DNA of 60,210 nt, filler included, from Sphacelaria rigidula (lineage: Eukaryota), in assembly GCA_964200075.2 (NCBI GenBank). It is 7 parts of 7 records of this genome, joined end to end, with 100 filler letters (N's around TTAATTAATTAA, not from the genome) between each part and the next. Parts side by side here need not be neighbours in the genome. Positions count along the whole stretch, not along the records: positions 1 to 8,516 come from CAXNAA020010910.1; positions 8,617 to 17,132 come from CAXNAA020010911.1; 5 more parts are not named here. One strand, given 5' to 3'. Below the pieces are notes generated by a model. It did no database searches. It worked only from the letters and a program-made list of their open reading frames with translations, and had not been told where the DNA came from. The stretch's first letter is position 1. The number at the start of each line of letters is the position of its first letter. The translations under genes and the position numbers were made by a program. Of this stretch, positions 1-12,100 are shown piece after piece.

Positions 1-225
1 ATCCAGGATCCTACACATGCTACATCTACTACGCCTTGGTGTATTTTGGCTACAGGGACGATCTAGCGGGAATTTGCCGGGAAACGGCTCGCGTTCCAGC
101 GGCGGCTTGCTTCGGCCCTTGCGAGTGTAGGGCGACGGCGATAACACGAACACGATTCATGCTTCAATACAACATTACGCTTCCGTGCAACGACACATCA
201 CCATACCCCGGGTGCGTGCGGCAGA

Positions 226-1010
226 CCTTCACTTTAGAGTCCCTTTTGACAAGAGCCCAGCCGAGATCACTCCGGTATCACCGCCGTAATCCAAGATCAA
301 CGTCACAGACACCGAAATGGATTGAAATTGGAAAGGCCCTAGGCACCGGGCAATCTATTTCAACGACGTCTCTTCTAAAATGGGGAATATCAACAAAATG
401 AGATTTGAGGAGCAGATCAACAAAATGAGTTTTAGGGAGGCTAGCCGGTATGCGACAAAAATCCGAGAGAAGTACCGTCCGCAAGTGCCTTTTATCATCA
501 TTTCTGCACGTACCGTCTTTCGACTATCCTCAATTTCTGCGGGCGGCGGCGTCGGATTCCATCGTTATTTGGAACAAACAAACGGCGATCCAACAACATT
601 TTGTCTAGGCTTCTACTCATCATGCTGGCACGGGTCCTGTGTGCATGTGACCCATCATTATTTTCAAGATGAAGGGATTCTTCAAAAATCGTGCTAGCGT
701 AAGAAGTAGAACCCTAATTTTGTCTCATTTGCGTCCGATGGGCGATGGTCTTCTCACTGCTATGTGCCTCGAGGCCGGTGCTTAAGCGACGATCTCCGGC
801 GCTGGTTTGTTCACCAGTGATGTGCTGAGGGGGCGATTAGCTGTTCACTACCCCGAAGAACACATATAAATTGATGAGATGGGATGAATTCTCTTGGTTC
901 GAAGATGTTTGAACAAGGGAGAAAAAATACATTACACAAGTACAGAAAGTACTGCAAATATCCGTCGGGCCTTTCAACCGGGTTGAAGCATGCATGATGC
1001 ACCCTTGGTG
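226..1010 (+). pseudogene. Decayed coding-like segment of unknown family
   Basis: The frame LHFRVPFDKSPAEITPVSPP*SKINVTDTEMD*NWKGPRHRAIYFNDVSSKMGNINKMRFEEQINKMSFREASRYATKIREKYRP has in-frame stops at 287-289 and 323-325. A second protein-like stretch with a stop lies at ~855-1010 (YKLMRWDEFSWFEDV*TREKKYITQVQKVLQISVGPFNRVEACMMHPW). Confidence 0.3.
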
Positions 1011-1960
1011 AACACTCGGCAGCGATGGAAGAAAAACTACTGCTGGCACTAGCACGCTCGTTACTCGTCGCCGCAAATCGGCCTCATCCACTCCAATTCC
1101 ACAATGATGCCATCTCGGTATCCAGCCCATTGCGACAACTCATGCTGCGTGACAACATCTCTACACACCTCCGATTTGTACGTTCGTATCCAGACCCAAA
1201 CCTATATGTTGACCTATCCTCGTTAGTCTTCAACTGCACCACTGCAATTCAAGACGCCAACGTCATCATTACCAGCATTATTATCGACATCACCATCGTC
1301 ATTGTCATCATCGACGCTGTGCTCGTCGGACGACTCGCACCATCCCGTGTCGCGTGTACCCTTTATCCACCTACTCTCGAACCCCGACCCACCTACAACC
1401 AGATCCCCTAGACTGACCAAGATAGGCCGTCTCGCACCGATCCTCCCGCTCCACTGTCGATTATCTGGGACTCTGACTGTCACTGCATGCTGACTCCCGT
1501 CGTCACTGCCAAGCGCGGCGGCCCCTTAAATGTCTTTACTTCCATCGTGTGGTATAGTGAAACTTATTTCGATGGCACCAACCACCCCCCCCCGCTTCCC
1601 ACGTCAAATAAAAGAACGGACACGTGTCTGCAACCTCCAAGTACGAGTTAAGGGCAGCATCTGTCTGACAGGCTTCCCCTCCAGGATCTAGCATGCGCCT
1701 TAGCTGTCTTGTCGATGCAGCCAACGCAAGGCGAACACGCTGCTCATCGAGGACGTGCTGTGGCACAAAATAAAAGCCTCTCCACGGGTGTTGTATACCC
1801 TTTCCTCACAGGGAAATATGCGGATACACAACTTGTTGGTCAGGCTTCGTGATGAGGTCCAGCTTGTTAACCTGATTGAGTCAAGAGTACTGCGGCGGGA
1901 ATCAACAATGGGTACGGCAAAGACAATCGGCGTCGACGTGCATCTCATTCAGTTCGCGAC

Positions 1961-2160
1961 GGGGAGAGAGGAGGGCGTACTCATTTGTTGCTTGCCTTAG
2001 TCGTTCGACCATTGACCACGCATTCCTTTCGAGACGAAGCACCGTTCCTACTCCTAGTAGAGACACCTCCAACATTCTGGCGCTCATTACGTTTTCTCAA
2101 AAGCTCAATAGGTTTCTTCCATACATTGCACAAAAACCTCGTACATATTTTATCCCCGAC
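1961..2160 (+). mobile_element. Dispersed short repeat family A (non-autonomous element, G-rich ends)
   Basis: GGGCGTACTCATTTGTTGCTTGCCTTAGTCGTTCGACCATTGACCACGCAT...; related copies at ~8250-8345 (-), 8617-8690 (+) and 14338-14507 (+). Confidence 0.8.
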
Positions 2161-3339
2161 GGGGAGAGGGGGGAGGGGGGGGGGAAGGGGGGGGTGTAGC
2201 AACCCGGCAAAGGACTCGAAAATAACCATGGTTCATTACTATATTTGTTCATAAAAAAACGTGGCGATCCCCAGGATACCGGGACGTGGATGCGCCGAGA
2301 ACTGGCCCCGCGGTATGAAGGCAGGAACACAACCCGGAAGCCACTAGTGTGGAGAACGTATAACAAATATTCCAGGAGTGCGGTGAAGCGGAGGAAGCAA
2401 AAACGCAGTAACGCGACGCAGCCAGAGCATCACACCACAGAAGGTCTACACGTCAACGGAAATTAATCAAGTATATACCAAAGCGCTATCGGAAAAGTGA
2501 GTGACGCTACGGTAGAGGGGAATTTTCTTTTCTGAGGTTAGTGCTGTGCAGAGAGCCCTTTATGTCATCCAAAACACGACTCATGAAATATGCGCAGGTA
2601 CTCCAGGATTACTACTCCAGAGTGATACGAGATAACCCGAACGAATCGCAAACGGGATTGATCTGACCCACGGTTTTGTGCATCTAGAATCGTTCGGAGC
2701 CCCTGAACCACACAAGAACTTGTGCGAAAATTACACCGCTACCGCAGCATTGCACTTGTGAGGATAGCGACGTGCACGAGGCGAGGGAAGAGAAAGTGGA
2801 AAAGAGGGGAATGGGGGTTACAGTCTTGTCATCACGTACCATCAGAGCGGGAGCAAAGCACCCCTCTGTATCCTGGTTCTTGTCGGTGGAACAATTCCAC
2901 CATAAAAGAGAAGATAAAGGAACAGAGCGAGAGAGAAATGTTTTCAACGTCGTCTCACCTCGAACACCTTCACTCATCCCGCACTCACGTACGTGCTGCT
3001 CTCACCTCCACCTTGCAGCCCAGGGCCTGAAAGGCGCCCTTCATGGTCTTTTCGGCCGAGTCTTCGGGACGCCGATCCATCAAGCTTGTCGAGGTAGTGT
3101 CCGTGGGCAACTCGGACGGGAGCAGTTTCGGCCCTACGTACGCTTCGCCGCTGGTATCATACTGCCGGCAAACACAACGCATGAGCACACGGTTGTCGGG
3201 ATCGTCGGGGTAAGTTTGATCTCGCGCTTCAGCTTTCGGTCGCGAATTACGCCGGCCGATCCGGTAACTACACAGCAGGTAAACGCGGCCACTGAAGATC
3301 CCTATACCCGCAGGTGGTGTTTGGTTTCTTGGGGTTTAC

Positions 3340-4813
3340 CTTGAACATCCCCGACATGAATGCCTTTTGGAATGCTTTCTCCATACGGCCTCGGACCTCG
3401 GCTGCGAGAGCGCCGTTTGCGAGGAAGAGCTCCGTGGAGCGACCGAGCTCAAGAGCGACCTCCAGTAGCTGTGTGCTCTCGACCCCGATACCCATGACGG
3501 CATCTCCTGCCATGGTGAACCTGTTCGAAGACGAGTGGCGTCAATCTAGCCCAGCCAAGGCAAGGTGCTGCAATATGCCCTGCCCGATTCGTCACTGATT
3601 GCCTATGCCGTGCTACAAATGTATCGGAAGTCAAAGTCGAAGGTATATGAGTACGTCATGTATGCACTATTAGGATCCGTCTGATATCCCAACCTCCCCA
3701 ACCTGACAATGGCCCAAGAGCCTCATGTCAGGAGACACTCGCGGGTGTTTCTGACCACAACGCGGACGAGAAAGTCTACTTCTCCATCATTTTTCACGGC
3801 TCTGCATATCTCGACGCCGCTCGACGGGAAAAAAATGACCTCTTTGCGTCGTCATATGTACATAACGACCGCAGGCGGGAAGGGAACCACTCAGGAAAGA
3901 CTAATCACCTGTTGACGAAGGTCGTCAGTATCCTGGGTGGGAACGAATTGATCGACCCGCCGATACGTCCGCCTTGTTTGTACATTAGCTTGTCTTCTGG
4001 CCCTCCGCCTATCTTCTGCCAGCAATATGGAACTTCGCCGTTGCTTCTGGTGCCATATGGATCGGCGAAGGTAACTCTCGGGTTTACCGTGAACGATTTC
4101 GCGTCGTCAGTGGGTTTCTTGTGTGCCACCATGATTGCTTCCACGTGAGGGTAGAAATGGTACTTCTCGTGTTTTTTTCGGGAACCTCCGTGGCGACCGG
4201 AGTACTCCACTAGCACGTAGTCGGCTTCAATCACCATGGAGGGGTCAGCAGCGATCGCACCTGCGAAGGGATGCGCGCCGCGGTGGATCGCAGCGGCCGC
4301 GAAGGGTGAGGGGTTAGGGGTGGGGTGTAAACATCGCCATGGGACGAGTTATTATCACAAGTTGAAACAAAAAAAGCGCCGTCCACAGGGATGGAATAAA
4401 CGAAGCTCGCGCCATCACTTTCCCCTGAGCGTGTCGCGGATATTGTTCGCTACAACTTGACCTATTTTTTTCATAAGTACAATTGTCGATCTTCGATCCG
4501 ACACCACGTCGGGTAATGGTGGGTACGTAATGTGCAGACCGTAGTACCTCGGATTCGATGTCCATATTGATCCCATGGCCGGGGAACTGCAAATGCGATG
4601 GTGCCTATCGGATGCAAGACTTGCAGCACCTTGTTCACGAACCGCCTTAGGTATCGCTTGTCATCGTTCGCCATGCTCAACATTGACGTTTCGGCGTCGA
4701 TGGAGACCAGGATTAGCTTTGGCTGTCTTTTCACAGGGAGTGGTTCTTGTTTGTCGACAAGAGCGCAGTTGCGGCGGAGTAGGTTCTCCTCGTGTACGCT
4801 CGTGTGATGAGCT
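3340..4813 (-). CDS. Spliced divergent beta-class N6-adenine/N4-cytosine DNA methyltransferase-like domain (N6_N4_Mtase fold), catalytic motifs degenerate
   Basis: Exons ~4813-4548, 4260-3909 and 3520-3340 are joined by phase-compatible GT-AG introns into one open peptide: ...NLLRRNCALV..PKLILVSIDA..KRYLRRFVNKVLQVLHPIGTIAF..HVEAIMVAHKK..VPYCWQKI..INSFPPRILTTFVNRFTMAGDAVMGIGVESTQLLEVALELGRSTELF..LAAEVRGRM. Motif order matches beta-class MTases (GDC, DLIxTxPPY, RVLKPGG, HEYILVFxK, FPxxLxxxLIxxFSxxGDxVLDPFxGSGTTxxAAxxLGR). Confidence 0.55.
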
Positions 4814-7470
4814 CTGTGCAGCGGAACAGTGCAAGCATTCAGCAGCATGGTGTGCTTCAATTCGGTCAGCGGTGGACGAGTGCAAGTCCTGTGGGGTACC
4901 GTAGGTATTCCTTTGAGGTTCACAACAGAAAAAGCACTGCGAGCGCCACAGCTTGTCTGGCAATGAGACGATCGTAATCCACTTCGTCCTTCACTGGTTC
5001 GGCTCATCACGACGATAAGTATCAATAGATGGTAGAGCCATTATTATTGTTCGATATGCCCGCACCTTCTCTCGTTGACGGTGGGACACGCGGGGGGGAG
5101 AGGAAGCATTGCTTTCGAAGACCTTTCCCCTTCTTTGGTTTCTCCTCGCCTCCGACGTCAGCTTCGCCCCCTTTCCTCTTCTGGCGCCCCGGCTCGTCCT
5201 CGGGGATGGGCACAGCCGCCTCGCAGGAGGTCTGATGCTTCATATCGCAGCATTGGTATCTGCCGGCCAAGAACCACAGGGCCGAGGTCAGGCGGTTAGC
5301 GGAGGAGCAGGCTAACCATTCGGAATGTAGAAGGGGCATGATCCACGTCTCAATCACTCCACACACCTTCGTTCGGGTCGGAAGCTCGCTCCGCGAGATC
5401 GGCCGTTCGGCACCGAATTGCCGCACACGGTTAGCATTCCGATTCATGCCCTTCATCCTCACCTGACATCGGTTGATGGATCGCCCGAGGGGCACAATTG
5501 ACTCCTGTGGCTGTCCACCTCCGAACGTTGAGGGTCGTCGTTATCTTCTCCGGATTCCTTCCCGTCTTTGTTACCGTCTCCCTTGCCACCCGAATTCGCC
5601 AACTTTATGCGTGCAACGGCGATGTTTACGTCGTCCCACCTTTTCCTCCATGCGTCGTTATACTGCCTCAGCGTTCCTTTTTGCGACATCTGCGAAACCG
5701 TGCGATGATGCAAAGCTCACGTGAACCAGAAACTCGCGTCGATGCTAAGCAACTGTCGGTTTACGACGTTGTTCAATGTTCAGAGACCCGATCGCGTGCC
5801 CACTACACCGCAAGTGATCGGCGTGCGTGAACAGCGTACGTTGCTCTTGCGATGCCCACGTTTGCGTTCGACGGCGGTCTGTCGTGCCCCATATTCGTGT
5901 TCCAAACCAGACGACCGGCACTCTGGCGAGCGAGAGTAGTGGGACCAAAATATTTGCATCACGGCAATATGTCGAAGCGATCCTTAACCTATGCCTTCCA
6001 GGCAATTTCGTCACCGACCCGTGGCCTGATTTATTCATCTCGCCTTCATCCGAAACAGTTTAGGTCGCTCTAGGGCGAACCCGGAACTCTGGGCGTAAGT
6101 AACTTACCATGTCTAGCCGCCGAAGGAGTTTCCCCCTACAGACATCCTCGAATTCCCTCATGGCTGCTCCGTTCTGTTCTTGTTCTGGCAGACTTGCCCT
6201 CATTTCATCTATGGTGTTGTCCACTGAGGTGATGTAGTCCGCGACAAACAGCTTGAAATCCTCCGCACCATATAGACCGCGGACCATTTCGTGAACTTCA
6301 CTGCTCGCATCGGTTTGGCCCAAGCACATCGAACGGCGACAAGGACTAAGAACAGACACACTATCCGTATATAACATTCATCTGCCACACGCGCGATGGT
6401 CATTACCGGCGAAGTAGCCTGTGGCGATCGCAGCGCTCCATCCCTGTCGAGGCGCATGTTACAAGACATTCGCACTCACTTCGCAAAAATGTCGGTCCAC
6501 GCCTGACGAGGGATGTGACTCTCGATCCGCTCCACCAGGGCTGCGGCTGTGAGTGCGTTTGCGGAGATTCCTCCCCAATCCTTCATTTTTGGTATTGTCT
6601 TATGCGTCTTGTGGAATCTGTGCACAACAAGCGGAGTCGATTGGTACGGTGATGTATATACTAGACCTTACGCTCTTGAAGAGTTGGCCTACCGGTCCAA
6701 AGGAACGATATATGGCGGTTCTAGCTGTATTGTACCATACGACAACACTATCTCTGACATTCAATTTTGGGGACCAGACGACAGAGCCTGCGCGAATGGA
6801 TGCATGCGCGCCGCGGTACACCGCCTCGTGGTTGTTGGGGACACAAACTCGCCTGTGAATGGTCAGCACTGATGGTCGCAGCGCAGGTTTGATAATTGCT
6901 GTTGGTGTACGCCGGCGATTTTACCAATTTACTGTTCAGGTAAACAGGTGACTGAAATGATCTACTGCCATTACTTGCCAGACATGTCTCGTTTCGAACC
7001 TTTTTGCGCGGTGCACGATGGCAGACGGTGGCTATCACGCGTCTTTACTCGACGCACGGTCGACGCCGGTGTCATTGTATACTTCACTCGGTTGGTTGCA
7101 TCAAATGCCACCGAAACATGCGACCAGGCTTCCACTTTTCCTACATCGTACGGTTGACTCAGGCGCACGGTACGATAAAAGATCATGGATCCCTCGGGCC
7201 GAGGTCGAAACCGACTGTGCGTACCTGACGAGCATGTTGATCGCGAGTGCCTGGGCCACAGGCTTGTCCCTCATGTCAGCAAAAGGCTTGCTCTTGAGAT
7301 AGGACAGCGAGATAAACCCGGGGTTGACGACGGGGTCCTCACACCGAAACGCCCAAGCAATGGCCTTCACAGCTTCTGGTGACGTCGCCATGCATGCCTT
7401 TTTCCAGTACCGCAGAGTCGACAGCGACGTGGGTTGTATGCCCAGCTGGCAGTTTCGGGGGGCGTGAGAG
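4814..7470 (-). other. Upstream exon-like fragments of the same unrecognised minus-strand gene or element
   Basis: A run of protein-like minus-strand ORFs (7101-7391, 6971-7186, 6060-6377, 5459-5713, 5022-5495), several ending at GT donor-like sites. The exon chain could not be resolved and may be partly decayed. Confidence 0.35.
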
Positions 7471-8249
7471 GCGCATCGGAGGACGTTGAGATTACATGTC
7501 GTTAGCGGACACCACGGATTGTCCTACATTTCCTGGTTCCAGTCATTTACGCTGTGAACAGAAACAAGAAATGTTCTCGGACCCAAGAGGAAAATATAGC
7601 CCAAAGAGGAAGTGCTCCTCAGGAGAGGGGATATTGCGGGTAGTGCCCGTAGGCCCATATATGAACAACGCTGTACCCGAAACGTTACCTTGTCGATAAC
7701 CAAGTGCAGAGCTAAGCGATGGCAAAATCGAATGATGGTAGTGTGTGCGATAAAACGGCCAATATCCGCACGCCCAAAGTAAATAGGAGTGAACCCGAAA
7801 CAAAACATAAAAGTCGAAAGTTAAGTGCCAAATGAAGAGATGGAAAATTGGAATGATGAACTTCGCGATTGCACTCATTGTGCGTCACAAATGATAAGGG
7901 CGTGTCTTTGCACTGTTTGTTGAATCGAAAAAATGAAGTTCAGCGAAGGAATTTCATGTGATGGGCCCATTACATTTCTGAGCCCAGTTGTCTTGATCTG
8001 CTTTTTTTATTGGTAATGGCGCGTGGATAAGAAGTGGCCAATGAAAAAGTATGCTTTAGCGAATGGAACCATGCCATCGGAAGGCACGGAGGGACACCTG
8101 AGTCCTATGTCGAAAACAACCGCGCCAGGTGTCGACCGTTAACGGAACCGTCACTCCCCACACAACTCATTCCCAGTTCATCCCGGTATCCTGCTGCATC
8201 GAACACAAGTTCGGCAATAGATACACTGCGGACATTTTATACGATAGCC

Positions 8250-8345
8250 CCCCCCCCCTTCCCCTCCGTCTCGAAAGGGATGCGTGGTCAATGGTCAAAC
8301 GACTAAGGCAAGCAACAAATGTGTACGCCCCCCCCCCTTCCCCTC
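8250..8345 (-). mobile_element. Repeat family A copy
   Basis: Reverse complement of the core at 1961-2040 (CGAAAGGGATGCGTGGTCAATGGTCAAACGACTAAGGCAAGCAACAAATG). Confidence 0.8.
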
Positions 8346-8354
8346 CGGTTAGTC

Positions 8355-8516
8355 ACCCATGAGGCAGTGTATGTGCTGTGGCTGTCTCTGGAAGTGGCCA
8401 TACCACAGAATAAAGCAACTCATTGTTGGCTGACATCCAGATGCAAGATTATCAGTAGGCTTCGGGCCGAACAATCTTAGCAGGATGCAGCTCACCCTTG
8501 ATGCGACTCGCCGAGC
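8355..8516 (+). mobile_element. Dispersed repeat family B copy (truncated by contig end)
   Basis: CATGAGGCAGTGT...CTTCGGGCCGAACAATCTTAGCAGGATGCAGCTCACCC matches 35580-35740. Confidence 0.8.
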
Positions 8517-8616
8517 NNNNNNNNNNNNNNNNNNNNNNNNNNNNNNNNNNNNNNNNNNNNTTAATTAATTAANNNNNNNNNNNNNNNNNNNNNNNNNNNN
8601 NNNNNNNNNNNNNNNN

Positions 8617-8690
8617 GGGGGGAGCGTACTCATTTTTTGCCTGCCTTAGTCGTTTTATCATTGACCACGCATCCCTCCTGGGGCGGGGGG
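8617..8690 (+). mobile_element. Repeat family A copy at contig start
   Basis: GGGGGAGCGTACTCATTTTTTGCCTGCCTTAGTCGTTTTATCATTGACCACGCATCC. Confidence 0.75.
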
Positions 8691-9156
8691 GGGGGGGCAG
8701 GGAGAGAAGAGTTAAACACGGACCTCCTCCTGAGAAGTCAACGAACAAGCCGGCTACCACGTGAACCACGGAGGTATTTGGGATCGTCGCGCTGCCGTAG
8801 CCTACTTGGTGCACCCACAGCCACTTTGGGCGGGAGGGTCGGATTTGGAAACCACCAGCAGCTGCATTATAGAGCAGAATATGCCTTGCTTCGTTGACGA
8901 AGTGAAAACATGAGCAGCAAGAAACGAAAAACCGACGAGAGTGGACGGGGTGCAGTGATGCTGATCCATTCCTTTGGGGAAAAGTAACGTCAGGCCGGCG
9001 AGATTTTGTTCGACCCGTTGCGACTACGTGTTTTCGTCCTCAAGAAAGGGAGACAGAGATTGAAAAACTAAGGCGGACAACAGAAGGAAAAAAAATGAGG
9101 CGCTAAAGGGGTCCCCGACATCAGGTTACGGATTCGTTAAGATGCGCGCGTCCCAC

Positions 9157-12100
9157 CTGGTCGGCGCCCAGCATTCCCCTCAGCAGTTCTTCTCTCTGCG
9201 GCAACGCACGAAACACTTCGCTTGGTGGGAACGGTGTGTGCAGGAACAGTCCAATGCGCGCCACCTACGACCATCACCGAAAGGCACGAAACACGTACAT
9301 CATTAGTATTTTATCTTTTCATTATTATTATAATCATAAATAAACATCATTATTACTTCGGCACATTAACCTCATCTCTCGAACCTGTGGTCACAGCCGT
9401 TGGTCCGCCTCTACAGTACCGTCATTTCCATTCCTTGCGTTGGACTATAAAAAAAAAAACTACTTCTGGGTTGGTCGAGATGTGGTTAAAACACAAGTAT
9501 ATTGTAACGCAAGCGAATTGCCACCCGGATAAAGAGCAGCCCATCGACAAAAATATAGTGAAGGGAGATGGCTAGGGAAGGACCCCCGCGAGACGGATCC
9601 AGCGACGCAGAACTACACGATTTGGCCGGTAATAAAAGGACGAAACAATACTTCCACGTGCAGTATCACGACAACAAGGCCACAGATTGCACGTGGAGCG
9701 ACCCCCGGGGGCCTCTTCATTTGTATGAGCACCATGAGGTCCATTGAGAGCTGTCGGAGCACACGCGTGGCGATCTCCCGGTCACAGGGATATATTTATT
9801 TTGCGATATGTCACCCCGGTTTTATGATCCGTGGGCGGGACCTCAGTCGTGAGGCCGGCCAAGCTCGTACTTGGGGGCGTGGGGGGCTCTGACCTTGTTG
9901 TCCAATCTATGCTCTGTTAATCTGCAATGTGAGCTCGTTAGCATACCTTCACCGTCCGCTCGAGGAAGGCCGGCAGGATAGCAAGGTGGAAGCCGTGGAC
10001 CCAAATCATGTCGCCTTCGTGGAACACCTCCACCACCTGCTCCCCGAGAAAACGAAAGGGGGGTCAACTGTCTTGAGGCGGATTACGATCTCTAAAATAC
10101 GTTTGCAATCCCGTCAAAAACCAAGGACGTGAGATGGGGAAAACAAAAGACCTGCATATTCACTTTTTTTTTCATGGAGGGGGGGCGGGGGAATTCGCAG
10201 GTTAAGAATATGATTTTCGAGCGTGCTACAGAAGAAGTTTTCGTACTGCCTAGTCTCGGGAGCTTAAGCTCAGTTTAATGCGACCATCGCAAAATGTATG
10301 AGCTAGAGTGGAGGACAAGGCAGACTTTGCGACAAGGTCGACAAACTATAGACTACTGTATCGATGACTGTTTTCAATTATACATGTCATTATGAGGCCT
10401 CGTTTTTTGTCCTGTTATACAACTGACCACCATGTAACTCATGCATCGATAGTTGCAAATGTCGAGGTGGACAGCGCCATTTATGTTATAAGACGATTCT
10501 AGTCAACACGAAAAATATGAGGGAAAAAAATCAGCGACAACGCCTTGACATTCCGACACAGGTAGACCTCATGTCGCACAAATCCTACCGCGATTTCAGT
10601 GCTATATCCTTTTCTCGTGGTTAGGATGGGGGGGGGGAAGGAAACTCGTGATCCTGCATGCCGTAATCACAGGACCTTTGACCTCGCATCCCTGCAAAGC
10701 CGGGACGGACCACGCTGGGTTTTCGTCGGACGAGGCTCGTAGTCACCAAGCGCGGAGCGCCATCATGAGTTCGGCGAGTCGCATGAAGGGTGAACTGCAT
10801 CCTGTTAACATCGTTCGGCCCGAAGCGTACTAGATATCTTGCATATGGGTGACAGCCTATAATGAGTTGCTTCATTGTTTGGTATTGCCATTTTCAGAGA
10901 TAGCCACCGGTTACACACTGCCTCATGGGCATCTCACTGTGGAGGGAGGAGGGGGGATCCAGAGCTGATAAATGTGCGACACCTGGGTATAGCAGTCTTT
11001 CGCCTCGTGTCGAGTGCGTTGCCTTCTAGACAATGAACTGCATCAATGAGCAGTCGTATTCGAAAAACAAAGGAGTTTCTGACGCACCGTATCTCGACCA
11101 GAAACACGGCCCCACCCACCCATCCTTCAGTACGCGGGAGCAAACAGCACCCTCAGGTCTTGACTTTCATGTTCAAAGGCTGGCGAATCTACACAAACTT
11201 GTACTTTATGAGTACCCTATCGGCCAACGGCGGACAGCATCCTGTGCTCCAAAATAGAAGTATACCTTATCTCTGAAGGCCTTGTTGACCTGTTTGAAAG
11301 CTTGCCAGCCTTCAGCTATAGCAGAAGGGTCCAGCAGCGAATCGGGAAGGTCGTCGTACATTTCCAGGATGTTGTGCATCACCTGTCAAGCACAAGATAT
11401 ACACAGTTCATGTACGGCATAAAATACCAGTCTTGTATCTCTATCGCCGCAAAAAAATATTCTCTCAAGTCTTGAAAAAATAAAAAGCGATAACTCTTTA
11501 TTATACTTGCACTCTCCTAACAGCATGATCGATGAACTCCTCTATTCGTGTCCTCATGCTTGGTTGTATTGATGTTTCGCGCGTAGGGCGAACGATGCCT
11601 CACGTGCTGTTGAGCACATTATTTCGATCCTTCCCGAACCAACAGCCACGGTTAAAATATGTCCCTCAAGGCATACCAGTATCTCGACTATTAGTACCGT
11701 GGGGGTCTTTACATTCCTCTTCCCAGCCGCAAGTAATCAAGCGTCTCGCCACGAAAAAGGTACGGTCTACGTAAACAGCTCGTTCGCGGTACGATAAACC
11801 ACACCCCACTAGAGTACAAAAATAAAAAACAAAATCGAAAATTCTCACCGGCCACAAGACGCCCTTGCAATACTGGTAGTAGCACTGATGAGACAACGCC
11901 TCCGTCAGGAAAACGGGGACGCAGTTCAGCTTCGAGAGGGCCTGCACGACCGCAGGCTGCAACAGGGGTGACACAAGACACGATCAACACAAGCACACAC
12001 GCAAGTGTTAGCAAAACAATTGCACAGCATGTCAGAACGGGGGAAATGTACCCATGATCTTGCATGCCGTAGTCATATGACCATTGACCTCGCATCCCTA

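Noticed and set aside
1640-3010. SET domain downstream of the MTase-like domain (LGCKVE, GSPRFFMN, VFALR)
   Set aside because: The fragments lie in separate frames that could not be spliced consistently; the resemblance is too weak to report.
2772-3344. 190-aa plus-strand ORF, and similar shadow ORFs such as 20628-21092 and 15158-15726
   Set aside because: They lie antisense to better-supported coding exons and have no independent signals.
4314-4592. Frameshifted continuation (GHGINMDIESEVLR) of the MTase-like exon
   Set aside because: The unshifted frame splices in phase at 4548/4260, so no frameshift is needed.
8561-8572. Periodic TTAATTAATTAA motif as a biological repeat
   Set aside because: It is always centred in N-runs and is an artificial six-frame stop linker.
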